A DNA stretch of 32,000 nt from the NCBI RefSeq assembly GCF_003945235.1, contig NZ_RSDW01000001.1, positions 2,100,001 through 2,132,000 of the forward strand, given 5' to 3'. Of this stretch, positions 7,748-16,132 are shown piece by piece. Under the pieces are notes generated by a model that did not search any database, was not told the DNA's origin, and worked only from the letters and a program-made list of their open reading frames with translations. The DNA comes from Edaphobacter aggregans. Lineage in GTDB: Bacteria; Acidobacteriota; Terriglobia; Terriglobales; Acidobacteriaceae. Each line of letters starts with the position of its first letter. Within the stretch, counting starts at the first letter, position 1. The translations under genes were made by a program, and so were the position numbers.

Positions 7748-10381
7748 ATGAAAAGCTTACGACTTGTTTCGACACCGACGCGCAATCGCCGCTTGAACGA
7801 AATTATCGGGTTGACCGTGCTGGTGGGTGCAGGGCTGCTGCTGCTGGCGCTGGCCAGCTATACGCCGTCGGATCCGTCGTTCAACACGGTAGGGGCGTAT
7901 GTCACGGGGCGGCCGGCACATAACTGGACGGGAATGGTTGGGGCTTACCTGTCGGATGTGATGCTGCAGTTAATCGGAGTGGCTGCGTTCTTTCTACCAC
8001 TGGTGCTAGGGCGACTGGGGCTTTGCTGGATGCGGTCGCGACCGGCTGGGTCTCCGCTGGCGAAGACTGTGGGCTTGGCGATGTGGGTGGTGTTTGCGCC
8101 GGCGGCGATTGCGCTCCTTCCGGGCCACCTGATGTGGCGGCGTGCGCTGCCTATTGAGGGTACGACTGGGCGGCTGCTGTCGGACTTTATGGTGCACTAT
8201 CTCAACCTTCCCGGCGCGTGCATTGTGCTGGCGTTGATGGTTGCGTTGTCGCTCTATCTGGCTACAACGTTCACATTCAACACGGCGCGGGAGTGGGCGA
8301 CGATTCGGTTCAGCTTTATACAGGCGATGTGGGACCGCTGGGTGCGGTGGCGCGAGAAGCGCGTGGGTGCGAATCTCGATACGGAGACTTATGGCAGCAA
8401 GCGCGAACGGGCCGATGCGAAGGCTCGGCGAGAGCGTGAACTGGCAGAGGCTGCTGAGAAGCAGAGCGAGGAGGTAGAGCGTACTACGCTGCTGGGTAGC
8501 CTGTTCGGATGGCTGGGACGGAAGAAGAAGATTGAGCGAATCACGCTCGCGCCGCATGAGGCTGTTGAGCAGGCGTCGATGTGGCGGAATATGCCGAGGA
8601 CTTTGGTTGATGCTCCTCCGGTGACGCCTTTGAGTACTGCGGCGGCAGCGGCTGCTCCGTTTGCGGAAGCGCTGGCTAAGGCTGCATCGCCGAAACATGC
8701 GCTCGATGATGAATCGAACTTCGCTGATGGCACCTTCAACTTCGGCGCTGAAAGTAATCCCGTTGTGTCTGAGCCGGTTCCGATTCGCTTGGCGAAGAAG
8801 CCGGTGGAAACGCCTGTTCCTGTCGCTCCGATTGCGGAATCGGGAGAGGAGCATATCTCCTTCGGTAAGCGGGCAGATGCGGACATCAAGCCGGTAACGA
8901 TTGTGCCTAAGAGCGTACGCGGCTATAAGTTGCCGCCTTCGTCGCTGCTGCACCGTAGCGAAGAGCAGGCCGCAGTGCGTGAGGATGCGCTGCGTGAAGA
9001 GGCTCGTGTGCTGGTGGAGAAATGTGCGGAGTTCGATGTTGATGGTCAGGTGACGCACATCAATCCCGGACCTGTGGTGACGACTTTCGAGTTCAAGCCT
9101 GAGGCTGGTGTGAAGTACGCACGCGTTACGGGTTTGGCTGACGATCTTTGCCTCGCGATGGCGGCGGAGTCGATTTTGATCGAGCGGATGCCGGGTAAGA
9201 GCACCGTTGGCATTCAGGTGCCGAACAGCGAGCGCGAGACGATCTGGCTGCGGGATGTTGTCGAGTGCGAGAGCTTCGCCCAGTCCAAGAGCAGGCTGGC
9301 GATTGCGCTTGGCAAGGACATCAATGGGCGCATCGTCACTGCTGACCTGGCGAGCATGCCGCACGTGCTGATCGCAGGTTCTACAGGTTCGGGTAAATCA
9401 GTCGCGATCAACGCGATGATCATGAGCGTGCTGTTCAAGAGCACACCGGAACAGGTTCGCATGATCCTCGTCGATCCGAAGCGCGTTGAGCTTGGGATGT
9501 ATGAGGGAATTCCACACCTGTTTACGCCGATCATCACAGAGGCGAAGCTGGCGGCGAATGCTCTGCGCAATGCTGTACGTGAGATGGAACGCCGGCTGAA
9601 GCTATTGGCGGCGAATCACGTTCGCAACATCGATCAGTTCAACAAGCTCTTCGATCATGGCAGCGAGTATCTGTTCGAAGATGTAAATCAGGAGCCGCTG
9701 CCCTACATCATCATCATCATCGATGAGTTGGCAGATTTGATGATGCTTGATCGGGCGAACGTAGAAGAGTCAATTACGCGGTTGGCTCAGATGGCTCGTG
9801 CGGTCGGCATTCATCTTGTGCTCGCCACGCAGCGGCCTTCGGTGGACGTCATAACCGGGTTAATTAAGGCCAATGTGCCGACGCGCATGAGCTTCCGGCT
9901 GGCGACCAAGGTGGACTCGCGCACGATCATCGATTCGAATGGCGCCGAGAGCCTGCTGGGACGTGGCGACATGCTGTATCTGCCGCCGGGGACAAGCCGT
10001 GTGCAGCGCGTGCATGCTCCATTTGTTACAGAGAAGGAGATTTCCGCTGTGACAGCGTTCTGGAAGGCGCAGGGCGAGGCCGAGTATGTTCACGGCTTCC
10101 TCGAAGGACCGAAGGAAGATGCGGGCAAGGACGGCGAGGGCAGCACGGAAGGCGACAACGACGATCCGATGTACGACGACGCGGTGCGGCTGGTCTTCGA
10201 GTTCGGCAAGGCGAGCACTTCCCTGCTGCAGCGGCGTCTGCGTATCGGCTACGGGCGTGCGGCTCATCTGATCGATATGATGTACAATGACGGTCTGGTG
10301 GGTCCGGCGGATGGTTCGAAGCCGCGTGAGATATTGAAGTCGCCGAATTGGATCAGTGAAGTCGATACGGCGATACGGTAG
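7748..10381 (+). CDS. ftsK: DNA translocase FtsK.
   Basis: The N-terminal region has multiple TM helices and is followed by a low-complexity linker. The motor has Walker A (GSTGSGKS) and Walker B (IIIIIDELADL). The C-terminal gamma winged-helix reads SLLQRRLRIGYGRAAHLIDMM. ATG at 7748 gives a typical FtsK N-terminus. Confidence 0.93.
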   Translation: MKSLRLVSTPTRNRRLNEIIGLTVLVGAGLLLLALASYTPSDPSFNTVGAYVTGRPAHNWTGMVGAYLSDVMLQLIGVAAFFLPLVLGRLGLCWMRSRPAGSPLAKTVGLAMWVVFAPAAIALLPGHLMWRRALPIEGTTGRLLSDFMVHYLNLPGACIVLALMVALSLYLATTFTFNTAREWATIRFSFIQAMWDRWVRWREKRVGANLDTETYGSKRERADAKARRERELAEAAEKQSEEVERTTLLGSLFGWLGRKKKIERITLAPHEAVEQASMWRNMPRTLVDAPPVTPLSTAAAAAAPFAEALAKAASPKHALDDESNFADGTFNFGAESNPVVSEPVPIRLAKKPVETPVPVAPIAESGEEHISFGKRADADIKPVTIVPKSVRGYKLPPSSLLHRSEEQAAVREDALREEARVLVEKCAEFDVDGQVTHINPGPVVTTFEFKPEAGVKYARVTGLADDLCLAMAAESILIERMPGKSTVGIQVPNSERETIWLRDVVECESFAQSKSRLAIALGKDINGRIVTADLASMPHVLIAGSTGSGKSVAINAMIMSVLFKSTPEQVRMILVDPKRVELGMYEGIPHLFTPIITEAKLAANALRNAVREMERRLKLLAANHVRNIDQFNKLFDHGSEYLFEDVNQEPLPYIIIIIDELADLMMLDRANVEESITRLAQMARAVGIHLVLATQRPSVDVITGLIKANVPTRMSFRLATKVDSRTIIDSNGAESLLGRGDMLYLPPGTSRVQRVHAPFVTEKEISAVTAFWKAQGEAEYVHGFLEGPKEDAGKDGEGSTEGDNDDPMYDDAVRLVFEFGKASTSLLQRRLRIGYGRAAHLIDMMYNDGLVGPADGSKPREILKSPNWISEVDTAIR

Positions 10382-10402
10382 ATACAGTTTTGGCTCTTAG
10401 TG

Positions 10403-10422
10403 AAAACTACCGGGGTAGTTTC
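10403..10422. terminator. Weak hairpin between or over the convergent ends of ftsK and the DUF3999-like gene.
   Basis: A 7-bp stem, aaactac / gtagttt, carries loop cggg. It lies 22 nt after the ftsK stop and overlaps the stop of the minus-strand gene. There is no strong U-tract. Confidence 0.3.
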
Positions 10423-11705
10423 TTCGACGAGTGCAGCGCCACCACGCCCAAAGCGCAGATTACAACGAGCAGTACGATCCATAGAAGGTCCGGATGCCGT
10501 TCCGTGAGCGGGCGGGAGTCGGGGCGCGGATGATAGGCGGGGGTTGGGAGCTCGGGCCCAAGCTGCGCTGGGTGCATCGGACTCGCAAGAGAGAAGAATC
10601 GAGCGTAGTCATATTGCGGCGCAGTGAGCGTTGGATCTGCATAGAAGAGCGCGAGCGGTTCGGCGCTGGGCGCGTCGAAGCAGAGCTTGCGTTCTCTCAT
10701 CTCGAGACGCACTGACGTGATGGGAAGTGGAGCGTCGTCGCCGTTTTGAATGGCGACCTCTACTGTTGCGGGGCTCTGCATGTTGGAGCCGAGCGTTGCG
10801 GGGATGCTCAACTGCTGCTGGCGGATTTCGCGCCCAGACTGGGTAAGGTGTACGCGCAGGATCGTTCCGGTGATCGTTTCGGCTGATGAGGTCGGAGTGC
10901 CGGCCGGGCGGTCTGTGACGCGCACGTCACGACTGAAGTTCGATTTGAAGTCAGGCGCAAGTGTGAAGGAGACGCGCTCGATGGGGACGCGCTCGGGCAG
11001 GTTGAAGGTGGCGACGGTCTCTCGTCCGCGTTGCGTGATGGCCGTGGTTTCGGCGGCGGTGGTGTAGAGAGACTGAGCCTCGCGGCTGGGCGGGACAGTG
11101 GCCCCGCGAACCATTCCGGGCGTAGGGACGAAGATGCGGTTGCCGGGCGCGGGCGATATGTTCAACTCGACGTGAAGGTAGGAAAAGCTCGACTCCTGCA
11201 GGCGAAGCGTGGTGCTGCGCGAGAGGTGCTGTGAGGTGAGATCGAAGAGAGTGAAATCACCGAGCTTGGTTGAGGCTGCGGCGTTCGGCTCGTTGAGGCC
11301 GGAGACAGTGGCTATGGCGAGGAAGTCTTTGCCATCAAGATCGAGCGCGACCTCGGTATAGGGGCGCGCTGGCATCGCGAGGTCGAAGACGATAGTGCGT
11401 CCCAGCATGCCGAGATTCATCACGCGTGCTGGTTCGTTGTCTTGTTGTGCGGGTTCGCTGAGCGTGATGGCATAGGGGATTTCGCGACTCTGGCTGCCGG
11501 AAGAGGTTTGATAGATGCGCAGGTCTTTGAGCGACGGAGCGGCATGGGGAAATATCCGTGGATCGATCGTTACGCAAGACGGGCCTGCACCAGCGGGCAA
11601 CGTGATCTGTCGCTGATAACGGAAAAACTGCGGGTCGGCCACGGGCGTATGCAAACCAGCATCTGCAGCCTGCCAGAGGAGGAGCGCAAGGAGGACGGGC
11701 TTCAC
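10407..11705 (-). CDS. DUF3999-like secreted protein with a C-terminal TM anchor.
   Basis: GTG at 11705 overlaps the upstream stop (GTGA). The signal-like N-terminus is VKPVLLALLLWQAADA. A large beta-rich domain contains LKDLRIYQ...REIPYAI. The C-terminal helix is LLWIVLLVVICALGVVAL. The listed start at 12086 would overlap the upstream gene by 385 nt. Confidence 0.7.
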   Translation of the reverse strand: MKPVLLALLLWQAADAGLHTPVADPQFFRYQRQITLPAGAGPSCVTIDPRIFPHAAPSLKDLRIYQTSSGSQSREIPYAITLSEPAQQDNEPARVMNLGMLGRTIVFDLAMPARPYTEVALDLDGKDFLAIATVSGLNEPNAAASTKLGDFTLFDLTSQHLSRSTTLRLQESSFSYLHVELNISPAPGNRIFVPTPGMVRGATVPPSREAQSLYTTAAETTAITQRGRETVATFNLPERVPIERVSFTLAPDFKSNFSRDVRVTDRPAGTPTSSAETITGTILRVHLTQSGREIRQQQLSIPATLGSNMQSPATVEVAIQNGDDAPLPITSVRLEMRERKLCFDAPSAEPLALFYADPTLTAPQYDYARFFSLASPMHPAQLGPELPTPAYHPRPDSRPLTERHPDLLWIVLLVVICALGVVALHSSKKLPR

Positions 11706-13531
11706 CGGCCTGCCTTCGGAGTGGGATCGGGGCTTGGATCGCGGAGAGCCAGCCAGTCCTTCTGGTAGGCAAAGCTGATCGCCATTAGCAGCACGCCCAG
11801 ACCGAGGAAGCTGACGACACGGTAGCCCTGGCTGAGGTCGCGCATATCGTAGAGAAAGGTCTTGGCGATGGTAAAGACGAGCAGAAGAAGCGCCTGCCAA
11901 CGGATGAAGGCAGAGCGTTTCCAGAAGCCTACGGCAAGCAGCGCGGCTCCATAGAGCATCAGGAAGGCGGAGATGGCGAGCGATCGCTGAAGATCTGCCT
12001 CGTGGTTTCCGGCGGCGGCGCTCCATGCGGTGTCGAGTTCGCGGACACAGGCCAGGATGGCGACCATGTTGAGTGCGATGATGCATCCGCCGGCGATCTG
12101 TCGCCAGCTTGGAGACGACTCATCTGGATACTGGCGCGCGTGGAGCGAAATCCAGGCAGAGGCCGCGAGCGCGGCGACTCCGAATAGCGAGGTGGCAAAG
12201 CGTGAGTTCAGGAAGGGGGTCTGAAGGTAGCGGTCGAAGAGGTATGGGAAGCTGAGCAGGCCGAGGAAACCTAGCACCAGAGCGCCGATCGCAAGCCAAC
12301 GAAGGACGCGATGCACTCGGACGGGCGTGTCTTCCGTCTTCGGGACCGAGAGGTGTGCTGAGACCCAGAGGAGTGCCACACCCTCCGCCAGCCAGCCTAT
12401 TGTGATCCAGCGGCCGCTTGCCTTCAGCGGAATCGCAATAGTGAGAAAGACGATGGCGAGCGACAGATGCACGGCTGAGGCGACGCTGGTCTCCGGCAGC
12501 CGCATCAGGCCCAGGTACAGCGCTGCGAAGAGAATCATCACCCACGGCAGCAGATCGTGATGGCCCGCATCTTGCAACAGTGAGTACAACGCCAGAGCAG
12601 CGAATGCCGCATTTCCAAGGGGAAGCAGGATCTCGGTGATGATGCTTGCTGTGCGCTTTGCCTCCGGAGAACCCCCCAGCGCAACACTGGCGAAGGTGAG
12701 AAAGAAGAGTCCGACGAAGAGGATGGATGTGTCTAGCTGGTCTGCGGAGTTGAACTGAATGTACCAGCCGATAAAGAAGGCAACCGTCGCGGGGAATGCT
12801 CCCAGCAGCAGCCGAGGCCAGGGTTTCAGCCGGACAAGCACGACGGTCGCGATATCGATCACTAAGATGTAGGTAAAGAGAAATATTTGATGATTGACGC
12901 CCGTGGATAGCAAAAGCGGCGTCGCGAATCCTCCGGCCAGCGCATAGGCCGCCAGCAGCTCGCTGTTTTGCGACCATGCCATATAGGCATTCCACGCGGT
13001 AACCAGAATCATAGCGCCGAGAGCGGCGCTCGCGGGCATCAGGTGATAGAGCTGGAATGCGGCCCATAACGAGAGGTACAGTACGCCGCCGCCTACTGCC
13101 TTCAACGAGTACGAGAAGACGCTGAAGCCCTGTCGACGGAACCGTTCCGACCAGAGGATGATTGCGGTTCCGGCGATCAGACCCGCAAGGATCCGTCCCA
13201 ACGGCCCGATCCAGTGGTTGTCCATCGCCAACTTCAGGAACCAGCCCGAGCCGATGAGGAGCGCGAAGATTCCGATGAAGTTGAAGAGGCGGGAGCCGAT
13301 GCGGTTTTCGAGCGAGGCTCGGGGGGGCGGATGTTGTCGTAGCGGAGAAGTGTCTGATGTGACCGCTTCCGTGACGCAGGGTGGGGGCGGAACCGGCTCC
13401 GGGGATGCAGCCCGCGACGCGTGGCGCAGCAAGGCTAGTTCCCGCTCGAGCGCCTCGACCCGAGCCGACAGTGCAGCCAATTCTGCGGCCACTTCGCCGT
13501 TTGACTGCCTCGGATCTTCCTGCTGGCCCAT
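11702..13531 (-). CDS. DUF2339-like polytopic membrane protein with an N-terminal coiled-coil and a Pro-rich linker.
   Basis: From ATG 13531 the protein begins MGQQ...AAELAALSARVEALERELALL, then PEPVPPPP, then LENRIGSRLFNFIGIFALLIGSGWFLKLA. More than 15 hydrophobic helices follow. The listed start at 13744 runs into the divergent gene. Confidence 0.75.
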   Translation of the reverse strand: MGQQEDPRQSNGEVAAELAALSARVEALERELALLRHASRAASPEPVPPPPCVTEAVTSDTSPLRQHPPPRASLENRIGSRLFNFIGIFALLIGSGWFLKLAMDNHWIGPLGRILAGLIAGTAIILWSERFRRQGFSVFSYSLKAVGGGVLYLSLWAAFQLYHLMPASAALGAMILVTAWNAYMAWSQNSELLAAYALAGGFATPLLLSTGVNHQIFLFTYILVIDIATVVLVRLKPWPRLLLGAFPATVAFFIGWYIQFNSADQLDTSILFVGLFFLTFASVALGGSPEAKRTASIITEILLPLGNAAFAALALYSLLQDAGHHDLLPWVMILFAALYLGLMRLPETSVASAVHLSLAIVFLTIAIPLKASGRWITIGWLAEGVALLWVSAHLSVPKTEDTPVRVHRVLRWLAIGALVLGFLGLLSFPYLFDRYLQTPFLNSRFATSLFGVAALAASAWISLHARQYPDESSPSWRQIAGGCIIALNMVAILACVRELDTAWSAAAGNHEADLQRSLAISAFLMLYGAALLAVGFWKRSAFIRWQALLLLVFTIAKTFLYDMRDLSQGYRVVSFLGLGVLLMAISFAYQKDWLALRDPSPDPTPKAGR

Positions 13532-13600
13532 GGCAACTACTGTACCGCCATCGCAGGTTGGAGTGGAACTGGAGCCTTTCAATTGATACTCTTTGCCAAC
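13532..13600. promoter_or_regulatory. A 69-bp divergent intergenic region, presumably holding the promoters of the DUF2339 operon and the REC-HPt operon.
   Basis: This is the only non-coding DNA between the two divergent start codons (13531 on the minus strand, 13601 on the plus strand). I could not identify specific -35/-10 boxes with confidence. Confidence 0.4.
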
Positions 13601-14386
13601 ATGAACAATGGGGCAGCGCAGGTCCGGGTACTGGTAGTCGATGATGATGCAGTCAGCAGGGAAGTGCTCTCGCTTCTGCTGACCAGCCAGGGGTACTCGG
13701 TGGGAGCGGCTGACTCCGGGGATGCGGCGCTGCTGCGGCTGCAAGAAGCTCGGGACTCTCTGCCGGAGGTGGTGTTGACCGACCTGCAGATGCCAGGTTT
13801 GGCTGGTATCGAACTGGCCTGCCAGATACGCGCGGTCTGCGGCTCACAAACCATGCTGCTGGCTATGAGCGGAAGTGAGCCTGGGGGGGAAGTCCAGTCG
13901 GCCTTCGATGGATTTCTGGCTAAGCCGTTTTCTATGGATGCACTTCAAGAGGCGATTGCGGGCCGTGCTGCCACCTCGACGGGCGGGGCGATTCTTGAAG
14001 ATGTAACCGTGCTCGATCAAACTGTATATGGGAAACTGGCCGGATCCATGCGTCCGGAGCGGATCGGTCAGCTATATGCACTCTGCCTGGATGATGCGCG
14101 GCGGCGTATCGCAGCGATGCAGCTGGCGGCATCAGGAGGAGATGACGATGCATATCGTAAGGAAGCGCACGCCATTAAAGGGGGCTGTGGTATGGTCGGC
14201 GCCTGTGAACTGCAAAGACTTGCGACTTCCATGGAGACGAGGGGTTTGGACGCTACTAATCATGTAGCTACGCTTGATGAATTCCTGCTGGGTTGCGAAC
14301 GGCTGGAGCGTATGCTGGTCGCACGCGAAGTTGACCTTAGAAAAAACGCAACTCCAGATTTGCGAGGAGATAGCACGCATGAATGA
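13601..14386 (+). CDS. Response-regulator receiver domain fused to a histidine phosphotransfer (HPt) domain.
   Basis: REC features are VLVVDDD, the phospho-acceptor in VVLTDLQMPG, LLAMSGS and LAKPF. The HPt motif is EAHAIKGGCGMVGA (HxxKG). ATG at 13601. Confidence 0.8.
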   Translation: MNNGAAQVRVLVVDDDAVSREVLSLLLTSQGYSVGAADSGDAALLRLQEARDSLPEVVLTDLQMPGLAGIELACQIRAVCGSQTMLLAMSGSEPGGEVQSAFDGFLAKPFSMDALQEAIAGRAATSTGGAILEDVTVLDQTVYGKLAGSMRPERIGQLYALCLDDARRRIAAMQLAASGGDDDAYRKEAHAIKGGCGMVGACELQRLATSMETRGLDATNHVATLDEFLLGCERLERMLVAREVDLRKNATPDLRGDSTHE

Positions 14387-15086
14387 AGCACTGAAGAGAT
14401 CTGCCGAGGGACAAGCTGTTCTGACTGCACCCATCCGTATCGTCGTCGCCGACGATCATCCTGTTGTGCGCTTTGGCGTGAAGAACATGCTGGAGAGCGA
14501 GCCCGGCTTCGAGGTCGTCGGTGAGGCCGAGGATGGCGATGTTGCCATTACGCAGACGCTGGAACTTGAGCCAGACATCCTCCTGCTCGACCTGCTGATG
14601 CCGCGGCTGCCGGGTCTGGAGGCCATGCGCGCCATCATGAGCAAGTCGCCACGGGTGAAGATCATTCTGCTGACCAGCACTATCTCGACCCAGCAGATCA
14701 TTGAGGCGTTGCAGATCGGTGCGCGGGGCATCGTGCTCAAGGATGCGGTGGCGGGCGATCTGTCGATGTCGCTACGGGCCGTGCTCGCGGGCGATTATTG
14801 GATCGGCGGCGAGCGGGTCGCCAATCTGGTTACGGCGCTCAACGAACTGATGAAACAGGCCGCCTCCACGCCCGAGAAGAAGACCTATGGGTTGACTCCG
14901 CGCGAGCTCGAGGTGGTGACCTGCATCGTCGAAGGCTGCAGCAACAAGGATGTCGCCAAGCAGTTTGCCATCAGCGAGGAGACGGTGAAGCGGCATCTTT
15001 CGAACATCTTCGATAAGACGGGCGTATCGACGAGGCTCGAGCTTGCCCTGTTTGCCATCGCACACAAACTCGTCGTCCTTGACTAG
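14379..15086 (+). CDS. NarL/FixJ-type response regulator (REC plus LuxR-type HTH).
   Basis: REC features are IVVADDHPVVR, LLLDLLMPRLPG, LLTS and VLKD. The HTH segment is LTPRELEVVTCIVEGCSNKDVAKQFAISEETVKRHLSNIF. ATG at 14379 follows GAGGAGA and overlaps the upstream stop (ATGAATGA). Confidence 0.9.
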   Translation: MNEALKRSAEGQAVLTAPIRIVVADDHPVVRFGVKNMLESEPGFEVVGEAEDGDVAITQTLELEPDILLLDLLMPRLPGLEAMRAIMSKSPRVKIILLTSTISTQQIIEALQIGARGIVLKDAVAGDLSMSLRAVLAGDYWIGGERVANLVTALNELMKQAASTPEKKTYGLTPRELEVVTCIVEGCSNKDVAKQFAISEETVKRHLSNIFDKTGVSTRLELALFAIAHKLVVLD

Positions 15087-15124
15087 GACGGCGATTGCGA
15101 CAACGGATTCAGTAAGATGGAAGC

Positions 15125-16132
15125 ATGAGCGATCATGCTGCGGAAGACATTGTTGATTTGCTGGTGATCGGCGCCGGGCCGACAGGAATGGCCTGTGCGA
15201 TCGAGGCGCAGCGGGCAGGATTCACTGCTCTCCTGGTCGATAAGGGCTGCCTGTGCAACTCTCTGTTTCATTATCCGGCCAACATGACCTTCTTCACGAC
15301 GCCGGAGTTGCTGGAGATAGGCAACATTCCGTTTTCAAGCCCTAACCAGAAGCCGAACCGGAGCGAAGCGCTCGAGTACTACCGCAAGGTAGCCGAGCAC
15401 TACGCGCTGGATGTCCGGCAGTACGAGACGGTCGAGCGTGCCACCGGAAGCGACGGCCGTTTCCTCGTCCATACCGTCGATCGCTTCGGCCGCAAGCTGG
15501 AACACAGGGCACGCAAGCTTGTCGTTGCTACCGGCTACTACGATCTGCCGAACTATCTCGGCATTCCGGGCGAGGACCTCAACAAGGTCAGGCACTACTA
15601 TGACGAGCCGCATCCGTTCTTCGATCGGGATGTTGTTGTGATTGGCGGGAAGAACTCAGCAGCAATTGCGGCACTCGATCTCTGGCGGCACGGAGCTCGC
15701 GTGACGCTGGTGCATCGGGGAGCGGAGATGCATCGCCATGTGAAGTACTGGATCCTACCGGACATCAACAACCGCATAAAGAACGGCGAAATCTCGGCCT
15801 ACTTCAGTAGCAACGTCACCAACATCGCGGAGGATGAGGTAATGCTGTCGACGCCGCAGGGCCCGCTGACCCTTCCCAACCACTTCGTCTTTGCGCTGAC
15901 GGGTTATCACCCGGACTTTGACTTCATCGAGCAACTGGGGGTAACGCTGGACGAGGAGAACGATCGCGTTCCAGTGTGCGATCCTGCCACGCTTGAGAGC
16001 AACGTTCCGGGGATCTATCTTGCGGGAGTCATCGTCGCGGGAGAGCGGACCAACGAAATCTTCATCGAGAACGGACGCTTCCACGGTCAGTTGATCGCAG
16101 AGGCTCTGCGCGGAAAGCTGCAGGCGGCTTAG
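15125..16132 (+). CDS. YpdA-family FAD/NAD(P)H oxidoreductase (putative bacillithiol-disulfide reductase type).
   Basis: Two dinucleotide-binding motifs are present (VIGAGPTGMACA and VIGGKNSAA). The N-terminal stretch DKGCLCNSLFHYPANMTFFTTPELLEIG matches my recollection of YpdA/Bdr proteins. Confidence 0.75.
   Translation: MSDHAAEDIVDLLVIGAGPTGMACAIEAQRAGFTALLVDKGCLCNSLFHYPANMTFFTTPELLEIGNIPFSSPNQKPNRSEALEYYRKVAEHYALDVRQYETVERATGSDGRFLVHTVDRFGRKLEHRARKLVVATGYYDLPNYLGIPGEDLNKVRHYYDEPHPFFDRDVVVIGGKNSAAIAALDLWRHGARVTLVHRGAEMHRHVKYWILPDINNRIKNGEISAYFSSNVTNIAEDEVMLSTPQGPLTLPNHFVFALTGYHPDFDFIEQLGVTLDEENDRVPVCDPATLESNVPGIYLAGVIVAGERTNEIFIENGRFHGQLIAEALRGKLQAA

Noticed and set aside
8330-8950. A low-complexity Ala/Glu/Pro-rich region with short repeated words inside ftsK.
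   Set aside because: This is the normal variable linker between the FtsK membrane domain and motor domain, not an independent element.
8006-9364. A 452-aa minus-strand ORF inside ftsK.
   Set aside because: It is an Arg-rich, low-complexity shadow ORF. The plus strand encodes an unambiguous FtsK linker and motor.
11706-12086. The N-terminal extension of the listed 10407-12086 ORF, which would overlap the DUF2339-like gene by 385 nt.
   Set aside because: The extension is Arg/Pro-rich and non-protein-like. A GTG overlapping the upstream stop (GTGA) is followed immediately by a signal-peptide-like sequence.
12120-13067. A 315-aa minus-strand ORF in another frame of the DUF2339-like gene.
   Set aside because: It is Arg-rich and overlaps out of frame. 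The main frame encodes regular TM helices.
13532-13744. The N-terminal extension of the listed 11702-13744 ORF, which crosses the divergent REC-HPt start.
   Set aside because: It would eliminate the divergent promoter region and overlap a well-supported gene. ATG at 13531 gives a coherent coiled-coil N-terminus.
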